A DNA stretch of 64,000 nucleotides from Candidatus Latescibacterota bacterium (GTDB lineage: Bacteria > Latescibacterota > UBA2968), in assembly GCA_965222605.1 (NCBI GenBank), contig OZ244960.1, positions 2,624,001 through 2,688,000 on the forward strand. Direction: 5' to 3'. Below the pieces are notes generated by a model that was not told the DNA's origin, ran no database searches, and worked only from the letters and a program-made list of their open reading frames with translations. Below, piece by piece: positions 28,853 to 37,613 of the stretch (position 1 is its first letter; each line of letters opens with the position of its first letter). Both the position numbers and the translations under genes were made by a program.

Positions 28853-29027
28853 GAATGCCTCCGATTCTCGGAACCATCCAATAGGGTCGTGGGTCTAATC
28901 GTGGGAAAAATACGACGGGCGAAATGTTCTCACCCAATCGGGCGAGGCATGCCTCGCCCCTACATTCATTTCATCTGCGTTCATCTGCGTTCATCTGTGG
29001 ATCACACTTCAAAAAGGAGTTATCGCT

Positions 29028-30503
29028 ATGAAACACCGCACGATCGCGCTATTGAGCCTCATCGCACTGCTATCGTCCGCATTCTTAAATACAACGGGCG
29101 AAGCCGCAATCACAGCCGAAGAAAAACGAGCCATTGCCCAACTCAGAGCTTATAACACCGCCTTCAAAGCCATCGCGCGAGAAGTCACCCCATCGGTCGT
29201 AACCATCAACGTCACCCTCAAAGCAGAGGACATGCCCCGCCGCCACAACTTCCCCTTCCCCTTTGAATTTGAAGAAAGGCCCAATCGAAGGCCAGACCGA
29301 AGACCACAAATGCCAGACCCACAAACCACGGGATCGGGCATTGTCATAACCGCCGACGGCTACATACTCACCAACCACCACGTCGCGGGCAACGCCGATA
29401 AACTCACCGTCACCTTCAGCGACAACCGCGAATACGACGCCGAACTCGTCGGCTCGGACCCCCGCACCGACATTGCCGTAATCAAAATTGACGCCACAGG
29501 ACTAAAACCCGCCACCATTGGCAAATCAGACGCCGTTGAAATTGGCGAATGGGTACTCGCCATAGGCGCGCCCCTCAACCTCAAATCCACAGTCACAGCG
29601 GGCATCGTGAGCGCCGTTGGCCGCAACATCGGCATCCTTCAGAACAACGACCGCTTCACCGTCGAAGACTTCATCCAAACCGACGCCGCCATCAACCCCG
29701 GCAACTCGGGCGGCGCCCTCGTCAACCTCAACGGCGAAGTCATCGGCGTCAACACAGCCATAGCCACATCCAACCGATCCTTTATCGGCTATGGCTTTGC
29801 AGTACCTATTGACCTCGCCAAAAAAGTAATGGACGACATCGTCAAACACGGCAAAGTCAAACGCGGTTATATCGGCATTAGCCTCAGCACCGTAGATGCG
29901 GGCACAGCAGAGGCTTTTGGACTCGATCGCCCCAAAGGCGTGCTCATCAACGCCATCCTGCCCAACACCCCAGCCGCAAAAGCCAACCTGGAAGAAGGCG
30001 ACATCATCCTCTCAGTAGATGGTCAACTCGTCAATCGCTCCAACCAGCTCCAGAGCCTGGTAGCCCGCAAACACCCGGGCGACACCGTAACACTCGCCGT
30101 GCGGCGCAACACCGAAAATTTGACCGTGCGCGTCACCCTGGATGAACGCCTGCCCAATGAATTGACCAGCGCAACCGACGCGCCTTCAGAAGAAGAAAAT
30201 GCATCCGCTTCAGAAATCGGCCTGACCGTCCACGACATCACCGCGAAAATGATCGAAGAATACGGCATCGCTGAAAAGACCAGAGGCGTGGTCGTCACCG
30301 AGGTCTCTCGCGAAGCGCGCAACGCCGGCTTTAGCGAAGGCGACATCATCTATGGCGTGCGTCAAGTTCCCTATAAAAAAGACATAAAAACAGTCCTCGA
30401 CTTTGAACTCGCCGTATCCAAACTCAAAAAGGGGAAAAACGCCGCATTTTCCGTCATGAACGGAGACAACCGTCGCTTCTTGTCCCTGAAAATCCCGGAG
30501 TGA
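29028..30503 (+). CDS. htrA: Do/DegQ-family serine protease with two PDZ domains
   Basis: GSG..ILTNHHV, DIAVIK, IQTDAAINPGNSGG; signal peptide. Confidence 0.93.
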   Translation: MKHRTIALLSLIALLSSAFLNTTGEAAITAEEKRAIAQLRAYNTAFKAIAREVTPSVVTINVTLKAEDMPRRHNFPFPFEFEERPNRRPDRRPQMPDPQTTGSGIVITADGYILTNHHVAGNADKLTVTFSDNREYDAELVGSDPRTDIAVIKIDATGLKPATIGKSDAVEIGEWVLAIGAPLNLKSTVTAGIVSAVGRNIGILQNNDRFTVEDFIQTDAAINPGNSGGALVNLNGEVIGVNTAIATSNRSFIGYGFAVPIDLAKKVMDDIVKHGKVKRGYIGISLSTVDAGTAEAFGLDRPKGVLINAILPNTPAAKANLEEGDIILSVDGQLVNRSNQLQSLVARKHPGDTVTLAVRRNTENLTVRVTLDERLPNELTSATDAPSEEENASASEIGLTVHDITAKMIEEYGIAEKTRGVVVTEVSREARNAGFSEGDIIYGVRQVPYKKDIKTVLDFELAVSKLKKGKNAAFSVMNGDNRRFLSLKIPE

Positions 30504-30514
30504 GGACCCACATA

Positions 30515-31642
30515 ATGAACGAACCCAGCGAAGCGCGGCTCATGATTGCCGCCAGCGAAACCGACGCCGACATGTACTATGCCACGCGCTTTCTCGCGCC
30601 CGACCCCTTCATCTTCTTTCAAATCGGCGCGGAAAAACACCTCCTCATGTCCGACCTGGAACGCGACCGCGCGCGTGCACAAGCGCAAGTCGATCGCGTA
30701 CTCTCCCTATCGGAATACCAGGAAAAAGCAAAAAAAAATGACGAAGAACCCTCTCAAATCGATGCCTTACACGAAGTACTACAAGAAAAAAATATCAACC
30801 ACCTGAACGTCCCCCGCGCCTTTTCCATTGCCACAGCAGACGATCTGCGCGAACGCGGCTACACAGTGGAATTTCCAAAAGGCGCGTATTGGCCCGAGCG
30901 AGAGATCAAAACCCCTGGTGAAATCGCATATATTCGCGAAGTACAACAACACACCGAAATGGCAATGGACGCCGCAATAACCCTCATCCGCAACTCGGAA
31001 ATTCGCGGCGACATCCTCTACCACAACGGCGAACCCCTCACATCGGAAACCGTCAAACGCGAAATTAAATTTCTCCTCCTTGAACGCGACTGCACAGCCG
31101 GTCACACCATCGTCGCCGGTGGCGATCAAGCCTGCGACCCTCACAACGAAGGCAGCGGACCCCTGCACGCGCACCAGGCCATCATTATCGACATCTTTCC
31201 GCGATCAAATATCACCGGCTATTTCGCCGACCTCACCCGCACCGTCGTCAAAGACGAACCCTCTGCCGAACTCCAGAACATCTACGACGCGGTACTCGCA
31301 GGACAAAACCTCGTCCTCGACAGCATCCGCGCAGACGCAGACGGCCAGGCCATCCATCGAGCACTCACAGAACTATTTGAAAACCGCAACTTTGAAACCG
31401 GCAACATAGACGGCCGAATGCAGGGATTCTTCCACGGCACCGGCCACGGCCTGGGCCTTGAAATCCACGAACCCCCGCGCATTGGCAAAACCCCGGAAAA
31501 CCTCCGCGCCGGACACATCATCACCGTTGAACCGGGCCTCTATTATCCCGGTCGAGGTGCCGTACGCATCGAAGACCTCGCCGTCGTCACCGAAGACGGA
31601 CTCGACAATTTAACGACCTATCCGAAGTTTCTGGAGGTTTAA
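30515..31642 (+). CDS. Xaa-Pro peptidase (M24 family)
   Basis: IIDIFP, YFADLTRT, HGTGHGLGLEIHE, TVEPGLY, VRIED. Confidence 0.92.
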   Translation: MNEPSEARLMIAASETDADMYYATRFLAPDPFIFFQIGAEKHLLMSDLERDRARAQAQVDRVLSLSEYQEKAKKNDEEPSQIDALHEVLQEKNINHLNVPRAFSIATADDLRERGYTVEFPKGAYWPEREIKTPGEIAYIREVQQHTEMAMDAAITLIRNSEIRGDILYHNGEPLTSETVKREIKFLLLERDCTAGHTIVAGGDQACDPHNEGSGPLHAHQAIIIDIFPRSNITGYFADLTRTVVKDEPSAELQNIYDAVLAGQNLVLDSIRADADGQAIHRALTELFENRNFETGNIDGRMQGFFHGTGHGLGLEIHEPPRIGKTPENLRAGHIITVEPGLYYPGRGAVRIEDLAVVTEDGLDNLTTYPKFLEV

Positions 31643-32563
31643 TCATGCCCTCGGATGAAATGTCCGATGCACCTCCTTCAAATACTCCCGGTCAACATGC
31701 GTATAAATCTGCGTGGTTGAAATATCTGCATGCCCCAGCATCTCTTGAACCGCCCGCAAATCTGCGCCCCCCTCCAGCAAATGCGTCGCAAAAGAATGCC
31801 GCAGCGTATGCGGACTCACCTTCTTCTCCAAACCCGCCAGCACCACATATTGCCGCAACAACTTCCACACCCCCATCCGCGACAACATCGCACCTCGAAA
31901 ATTCAAAAACACCTCAGCCCCCGTATGTGGCCTGGCCAACTCTGGACGCACCGCATGCAAATACTCGGTTACCCAATCAATACCCTCTGACCCAATCGGC
32001 ACCACCCGCTCGCGCCCGCCCTTGCCCAGCACTCGAACCACCTCCACATCAAAAAGCAAATCCGTCAGCGACAACCCGATCAACTCCGACACCCGCAACC
32101 CCGCCCCGTAAAGCATCTCTATAAGCGCGCGATCGCGCAACCCCAGAGGCGTCTCCACATCCGGCGCCAACATCAACCGCTCAACCTCATAAATATTCAA
32201 CACCGACGGCAACTTTCGCCCCAATTTAGGCGGCTTCAAATGCTCCGTCGGATCCCGGTGCGCGAGACCCTCCCCCAGCAAAAACCTGTGAAACATCCGC
32301 ACCGCCGTCAAATTGCGCGCCACACTCGACGCCTCCAGCCCCATCTCCGAGAGCAAATTCAACAGCGCGGACACCTCCGCCTGAGAAATCTCATCGGGCG
32401 CATCGATACCCAAATCGGTCAACAGCGTCAAATACCTGCTCAAATCCCGTTGATATGCACTCGCCGTATTATCCGACAACCCGCGCTCCAGCGTCACAGA
32501 ATCGAGAAACCGCTGCAACGCTCGCTGAAGTTCTGGGGCTATGGGCATTTGTTGTATAGACAT
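31643..32563 (-). CDS. xerD: Site-specific tyrosine recombinase XerD
   Basis: ERGLSDNT..AY..DL, YGAGLRVSEL, SPHTLRHSFATHLLEGGADLRAVQEMLGHADISTTQIYTHV, FHPRA end. Confidence 0.93.
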   Translation of the reverse strand: MSIQQMPIAPELQRALQRFLDSVTLERGLSDNTASAYQRDLSRYLTLLTDLGIDAPDEISQAEVSALLNLLSEMGLEASSVARNLTAVRMFHRFLLGEGLAHRDPTEHLKPPKLGRKLPSVLNIYEVERLMLAPDVETPLGLRDRALIEMLYGAGLRVSELIGLSLTDLLFDVEVVRVLGKGGRERVVPIGSEGIDWVTEYLHAVRPELARPHTGAEVFLNFRGAMLSRMGVWKLLRQYVVLAGLEKKVSPHTLRHSFATHLLEGGADLRAVQEMLGHADISTTQIYTHVDREYLKEVHRTFHPRA

Positions 32564-32608
32564 GGTATATTGCCATCGAAAAAGCTAACCACGAGGGTTG
32601 CCTTTTAG

Positions 32609-32683
32609 ATGATACCTTGCCATATTTCTTCAGGGCAAGGTATCATTTTTTCTATTGACAACCATTCATGGCATACTTACTGT
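32609..32683 (+). promoter_or_regulatory. 13-bp perfect inverted repeat followed by a possible sigma70 promoter for the TA cassette
   Basis: ATGATACCTTGCC-12 bp-GGCAAGGTATCAT then T run; TTGACA(32655)-17 bp-TACTGT. Confidence 0.55.
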
Positions 32684-32734
32684 AAAATCCTTTTAAGCTG
32701 AGTCTGTGCTTGAGGGAGTAGGGGAGAAGATATT

Positions 32735-33103
32735 TTGGGCCAGTGGACATTGGAACACACTAATAGATATAAATCCTGTTCTGATACATATAAAAGAAGG
32801 CATCCAAACGAACTAATCGCAGTATCTAAAAACTTGCAAATTTTCATTGAAGAACTGGAGCAAGGAACTTCGCCCCTGTTTGTAAAAAAAGGATTTATTC
32901 ATCACGAACCCAAGGGTATTAAAGCCATTTCCCAAAAAGGAGGTTATGGAAGGGGGTTAGCGGAAACACGGCTTTACATTTATGGCGACACAACAACCAA
33001 TATCCTTTATCTTCTTTGCATTGGAGATAAAAAGAGCCAGAAGAGGGATATTAAGTACTGCCAAGAAGAGGTTGAAAAAATCAAAAGGAGGCAAAATGGG
33101 TAA
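32735..33103 (+). CDS. Putative RelE/HigB-like toxin
   Basis: Basic 122 aa; ETRLYIY...LYLLCIGDKKSQKRDI resembles the RelE/HigB C-terminal motif; upstream of XRE gene. Confidence 0.6.
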   Translation: MGQWTLEHTNRYKSCSDTYKRRHPNELIAVSKNLQIFIEELEQGTSPLFVKKGFIHHEPKGIKAISQKGGYGRGLAETRLYIYGDTTTNILYLLCIGDKKSQKRDIKYCQEEVEKIKRRQNG

Positions 33104-33719
33104 TCGCTACTCCTCTGTCGAGGAGATGCTCAATGAACTGGCAAGCCCAGATCTCGCAAAAGAATTTGCTGATTGGCGTGCAAAAATACGATTAGCCCGA
33201 ACACTTTTCAATTTGCGACATCAGGCGGGTCTTTCTGAACAGGAAGTCGCAGAACGCCTCGGATGGACAAAAAAGCGTGTAGAAAATTTCGAGCGTCGTG
33301 AAGTGGACAAAATCAGTTTTGGGGATTTTGAGAGATACACGGTTGCAATCGGTATGTTCGCTGGCATCTCCTTTTTCAAGAAAGAAGAACCTCTTGTTAG
33401 CAAGGTCAAATACCATGTATTTGAGACCAAGAAATTACTAGATCAGCTTGTAGAGAAGGTGGAAGGAGATGAAAAGATTTCTCAAGAGGTTGAGAAATTC
33501 TTCGATGATTACTTCTTTAATATAGCCTTGATTTATGCGAATAGCGTGTTAAAACTTTACCGTGCGAAAGATACCCTTCCTGAAACTGAGGAATCTCGTG
33601 TGGAACAAATTAGACAATTTATATCTCTTTTAGACGAAGTTCAAGACACCGTTCCATGTGACGAGGAATTGAGTATTTACAGTCCCAGTGAAACTGATCA
33701 GACAGTTATACACGCTTAA
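33096..33719 (+). CDS. XRE-family HTH protein (putative antitoxin) with long C-terminal extension
   Basis: LFNLRHQAGLSEQEVAERLGWTKKRVENFE HTH; AGGAGG RBS; overlaps toxin stop. Confidence 0.75.
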   Translation: MGNRYSSVEEMLNELASPDLAKEFADWRAKIRLARTLFNLRHQAGLSEQEVAERLGWTKKRVENFERREVDKISFGDFERYTVAIGMFAGISFFKKEEPLVSKVKYHVFETKKLLDQLVEKVEGDEKISQEVEKFFDDYFFNIALIYANSVLKLYRAKDTLPETEESRVEQIRQFISLLDEVQDTVPCDEELSIYSPSETDQTVIHA

Positions 33720-33772
33720 GCCCCTGTTCCGTCCCCGATCACCACCTGCGGGCGGGCACGGGGGCACCGCCC

Positions 33773-35587
33773 CTACATTTTCTTCAACCCCTCACAAATC
33801 ACCTCCGCCAACCGCATCCCCACCCCATCGACCTCTGCCACCTCTTCGACCTCTGCCTCTCGGATCCGCTTTACCGAACCGAAATGCTTCAACAGTGCGA
33901 TGCGCCTCGACGGACCCACCCCGGGAATCTCATCCAACTCCGACGTCAGCGTCCGCTTCTGGCGCAACTTGCGGTGATACGCAATCGCAAACCGGTGCGA
34001 CTCATCGCGCAACATCTGCAACAACTTCAACGACGACGACGTCTTGGGAATATTCTGCGGCTCGGATAAACCCGGCAAAAACACCTCCTCCAACCGCTTC
34101 GCCAGCCCAATCACCGCCTGATCTTCAATCCCCAAACCCCGCAGCGCCTCAACCACGCTCGAAAGCTGTCCCTTGCCTCCATCGACCAACAGCAAATCGG
34201 GAAACGACTTACCCTCCTCCATCAACCGCTTAAACCGCCGCGTCACCACCTGCTGCATCATCGCAAAATCATTGGGACCCTCCAACCCCGTAATCTTAAA
34301 ATGCCGGTACTCGCGCTTTCGCGCCCTGCCATCCACAAAACACACCAGCGACGCCACCGGATCCGACCCCTGAATATTTGAAATATCCACCGCCTCAATC
34401 CACCGCGGCGGCTTCTCCAGATGCAAATCGCGCTGAAGAGCCTGCACCGCTGCCGGCGCTTGCGACCTGCGATTCTCGCGCTTCAACCGCCGCTCCGCCA
34501 ACAACAGCCGCGCATTATTCTCCGCCATCTTCATCAGCTGGAACTTATCCCCCCGCTGGGGCACGCGCATCTCAACCCCGCCCTCTGAACGCACTGTAAG
34601 CCAATCGAGCACCGTCTCCCGATCCTCAATATCACACGGCAAGCACACCTCTCGCGGCACAAATGTAGCCGTTGCGTAAAACAACTGCACAAATGCCGAA
34701 ACCACCTCCTCTTCAGACGCATCCAGCACCCCCCCGATAAAATAATTCTGCCGCCCGATCAACCGCCCATCGCGCACCTCCATCACCACCCCACAAGCCT
34801 CGTCATCTTCCCGCGCAACCGCAATCGCATCCCAATCCGTCAAATCATTAGACACCACCTTTTGCCGGCTCGCGGCCTGTTCCAATGCCCGAATGCGATC
34901 CCGATAAATCGCCGCCTCCTCGTACTTCAGCGCCTCTGCCGCCCGCTTCATCCGATCTTTAAGCGTCACCATAACCTGCGTATGCCGCCCCGTCAAAAAC
35001 AACACCGCTTCATCCACAATCTTTTGATACGCCCCTGCCACAATCAACCCCTCGCACGGCCCGTCGCACCGCTTGATCTCATAATCCAAACACAACCTCA
35101 CATTGGACTTTGGCAAATTGTAATCACAACTCCGAATCCGAAACAACCGGTGCATCGTCTCCAGCATTCGCCGCATCGCCTTCACATCCGTATAAGGACC
35201 CAAATAGCGCGACCCATCCTTCACCACATCGCGCGTCACCACAATGCGGGGAAACGCCTCTTTTGTAATGCGGATATACGGATACTTCTTATCGTCCTTC
35301 AAACTGATATTATAACGCGGCTTGTGCGTCTTAATCAAATTCGCTTCTAAAATTAACGCCTCCAACTCCGTATCCGTAACAATATATTCCAAATCGCGCA
35401 CATTGCGAATTAGTGCCCGAAACTGCCGCCGCCCATCATTGGCATTGGGGCGAAAATACTGCTGCACCCGGCTGCGCAACACCTTTGCCTTGCCGATATA
35501 AATAATCTGCCCCTCATCGCCCTTCATAATGTACACACCAGGCTCTCTGGGCATCAATGCCACAATGCTGTCAATATGCTCGCTCAT
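33773..35587 (-). CDS. uvrC: Excinuclease ABC subunit C
   Basis: PGVY..IYIGKAK.LRSRV GIY-YIG, UVR, DISN, DGGKGQL, RDESHRFA, HhH. Confidence 0.96.
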   Translation of the reverse strand: MSEHIDSIVALMPREPGVYIMKGDEGQIIYIGKAKVLRSRVQQYFRPNANDGRRQFRALIRNVRDLEYIVTDTELEALILEANLIKTHKPRYNISLKDDKKYPYIRITKEAFPRIVVTRDVVKDGSRYLGPYTDVKAMRRMLETMHRLFRIRSCDYNLPKSNVRLCLDYEIKRCDGPCEGLIVAGAYQKIVDEAVLFLTGRHTQVMVTLKDRMKRAAEALKYEEAAIYRDRIRALEQAASRQKVVSNDLTDWDAIAVAREDDEACGVVMEVRDGRLIGRQNYFIGGVLDASEEEVVSAFVQLFYATATFVPREVCLPCDIEDRETVLDWLTVRSEGGVEMRVPQRGDKFQLMKMAENNARLLLAERRLKRENRRSQAPAAVQALQRDLHLEKPPRWIEAVDISNIQGSDPVASLVCFVDGRARKREYRHFKITGLEGPNDFAMMQQVVTRRFKRLMEEGKSFPDLLLVDGGKGQLSSVVEALRGLGIEDQAVIGLAKRLEEVFLPGLSEPQNIPKTSSSLKLLQMLRDESHRFAIAYHRKLRQKRTLTSELDEIPGVGPSRRIALLKHFGSVKRIREAEVEEVAEVDGVGMRLAEVICEGLKKM

Positions 35588-35599
35588 ATTGCACCTCAC

Positions 35600-36094
35600 C
35601 TACAACGCCACAATCTCCACATCCATCGCATTCAAATCCAAAATCCCCACCGTCTCCCTGCCCGTTGTCCAGCCGCACGCCTCCCCCGGATTAATCACCA
35701 GCGTATCCCCTCTGCGAACATCAATCTCATGCGTATGCCCGTAAAAAATCACATCATAAGCACCGCTATCCGCCAGAGCATCCACCTCATCAGGCTCGTG
35801 CAACATCAAAATGCGCTTGCCCTCCCATTCATGTACATAAGGAGGGCGGTGAATCGGTCCCAGCCCCTCAAAAAGCGCCCGCAAACCGAACTTCTCCCCA
35901 TCATTATTCCCAAAAACCCCCACAAAAGGCACCGTCAAATCGCCCATCCAGCGCGCATTGAACGGCGCGATATAATCGCCCCCGTGCAGCACCAGCCCCA
36001 CATCGCGCTCCTTAAAAAGTGCCATCGCCTTCTCAATCGCGTGTTTATTATCGTGTGTATCCGTAATCAAACCGACCAGATGCGCTTTTCCCAT
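35600..36094 (-). CDS. YfcE-like metallophosphoesterase
   Basis: DTHDN, HGGD, GNND, GHTH, INPGE motifs; AGGAG RBS. Confidence 0.9.
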   Translation of the reverse strand: MGKAHLVGLITDTHDNKHAIEKAMALFKERDVGLVLHGGDYIAPFNARWMGDLTVPFVGVFGNNDGEKFGLRALFEGLGPIHRPPYVHEWEGKRILMLHEPDEVDALADSGAYDVIFYGHTHEIDVRRGDTLVINPGEACGWTTGRETVGILDLNAMDVEIVAL

Positions 36095-36139
36095 GGTATC
36101 GAACTCCTGTTGCGCGTGAAAAATCAATCCTTTCCGGGT

Positions 36140-36168
36140 AACGTACCTTTCATTTTTTTATTTGTCAA
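36140..36168 (-). promoter_or_regulatory. Sigma70 promoter for phosphoesterase-uvrC
   Basis: TTGACA-17 bp-TACGTT. Confidence 0.6.
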
Positions 36169-36264
36169 CTCATTCATTAAATTTCCCCAAAATGGCAAAA
36201 AAGCGTATCTTTAATAAATGGAGATAAAGTAGTAGCATGAAAAAATAAATAGGAGGTTTTGGAC

Positions 36265-36483
36265 ATGAAATTAACCGCAGTTTACAGAAAAGTCCCGGAA
36301 GGATACATTGGATTTGTTGAAGAATTGCCCGGTGCTAATACGCAAGGAAAAACGCTTGAAGAAGCCAGAGTAAATATCCGAGAGGCAATTGCGATGACGC
36401 TTGAAGCAAACCGCATCCTCGCAGAAGAATCCCTTGCGGAAATACAAGATGTGATTCGTGAGCCTATTTTTTTTCAGACATGA
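36265..36483 (+). CDS. hicB: HicB-family antitoxin (short, no DNA-binding domain)
   Basis: GYIGFVEELPGANTQGKTLEEARVNIREA. Confidence 0.88.
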   Translation: MKLTAVYRKVPEGYIGFVEELPGANTQGKTLEEARVNIREAIAMTLEANRILAEESLAEIQDVIREPIFFQT

Positions 36484-36665
36484 AAAGACGTGAGCTCATT
36501 CGCCATCTTAACAAGAACAGCTGTGAATTTCTCAGAGAAGGCAGTAACCATACCATATACGTTAATCGCAGAGCTCAGTGTGTTTCCTCTGTGCCAAGAC
36601 ACCGAGAGCTAAACAAATTCTTAGTACGGAAAATATGTAGAGATTTGGAAATCCCACCGCCATAA
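36480..36665 (+). CDS. hicA: HicA-family toxin
   Basis: MKRRELIRHL...LREGSNH...VPRHREL...KICRDL. Confidence 0.88.
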   Translation: MKRRELIRHLNKNSCEFLREGSNHTIYVNRRAQCVSSVPRHRELNKFLVRKICRDLEIPPP

Positions 36666-36706
36666 TGACATTTGCCCTTATAAAATTCACAGGAGCAAAT
36701 CCCCCC

Positions 36707-37585
36707 ATGCCCATACTAAAAATCGGCCTCCCCTCGGGAAGCCTTCAAGAATCCACACTCACCCTATTTGCCAAAGCCGGTTATCGCATCCACACCAGCC
36801 ACCGGTCCTACACACCCGTCATTGACGATCCTGAACTCGAAGGCTTATTCTTGCGCGCTCAGGAAATCGCGCACTACGTCGAACGCGGCGTCCTCGACAT
36901 TGGCCTCACCGGCATCGACTGGATCCGAGAAAACGAAGCCGACATAATCGAAATCGCCGAATTTGCCTACAGCAAAACCTCATCGCAACCCGCGCGCTGG
37001 ATCATCGCAGTACCCGAAGACTCGGACATCCAGACCATCCAGGACCTGCAGGGCAAACGCGTCGCCACCGAACTCGTCACAGCCACGCGCAACCACCTTA
37101 AAAACCACGGCATAAACGCCGAAGTCGAATACTCCTGGGGATCCACCGAAGCCAAAGTTCGCGTACCCGGCCTCGTTGATGCCATAGCTGAAATCACCGA
37201 AACCGGATCCTCTCTGCACGCCAACAAATTGCGCGTCATAGACACCATGTTTGAAACCACACCCAGACTCATAGCCAACAAAAAAGCCTATAACGATGCG
37301 TGGAAACGCGAAAAAGCGCAACACATCGCCACCTTGCTCATCGGCGCATTCAACGCCGAAGACAAAGTGGGCCTCAAAATGAACGTACGCCGCGCCGACC
37401 TCGCTCAAATCGTCAAAAACTTACCCGCGCTCAACAACCCCACCATCGCCAACTTACTCGACGAAAACTGGGTTGCAATCGAAGTCGTCGTAGATGAGCG
37501 CGTCGTGCGCGACCTCATCCCAAAACTCAAAAAATCGGGCGCCGAAGGCATCATCGAATATCCCTTGAACAAAGTCATCTATTAA
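36707..37585 (+). CDS. hisG: ATP phosphoribosyltransferase (long form)
   Basis: LKIGLPSGSL, RAQEI, DIGLTG.D, SWGSTE, ITETGSSL, C-terminal regulatory domain. Confidence 0.95.
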   Translation: MPILKIGLPSGSLQESTLTLFAKAGYRIHTSHRSYTPVIDDPELEGLFLRAQEIAHYVERGVLDIGLTGIDWIRENEADIIEIAEFAYSKTSSQPARWIIAVPEDSDIQTIQDLQGKRVATELVTATRNHLKNHGINAEVEYSWGSTEAKVRVPGLVDAIAEITETGSSLHANKLRVIDTMFETTPRLIANKKAYNDAWKREKAQHIATLLIGAFNAEDKVGLKMNVRRADLAQIVKNLPALNNPTIANLLDENWVAIEVVVDERVVRDLIPKLKKSGAEGIIEYPLNKVIY

Positions 37586-37613
37586 TTAAAAATTCTCTTC
37601 AGAGAGCTACCCC

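Noticed and set aside
31643-32563. Integron integrase or prophage integrase
   Set aside because: Sequence matches housekeeping XerD throughout, lacks the IntI-specific insertion, and no attC-like cassette array or phage genes are visible
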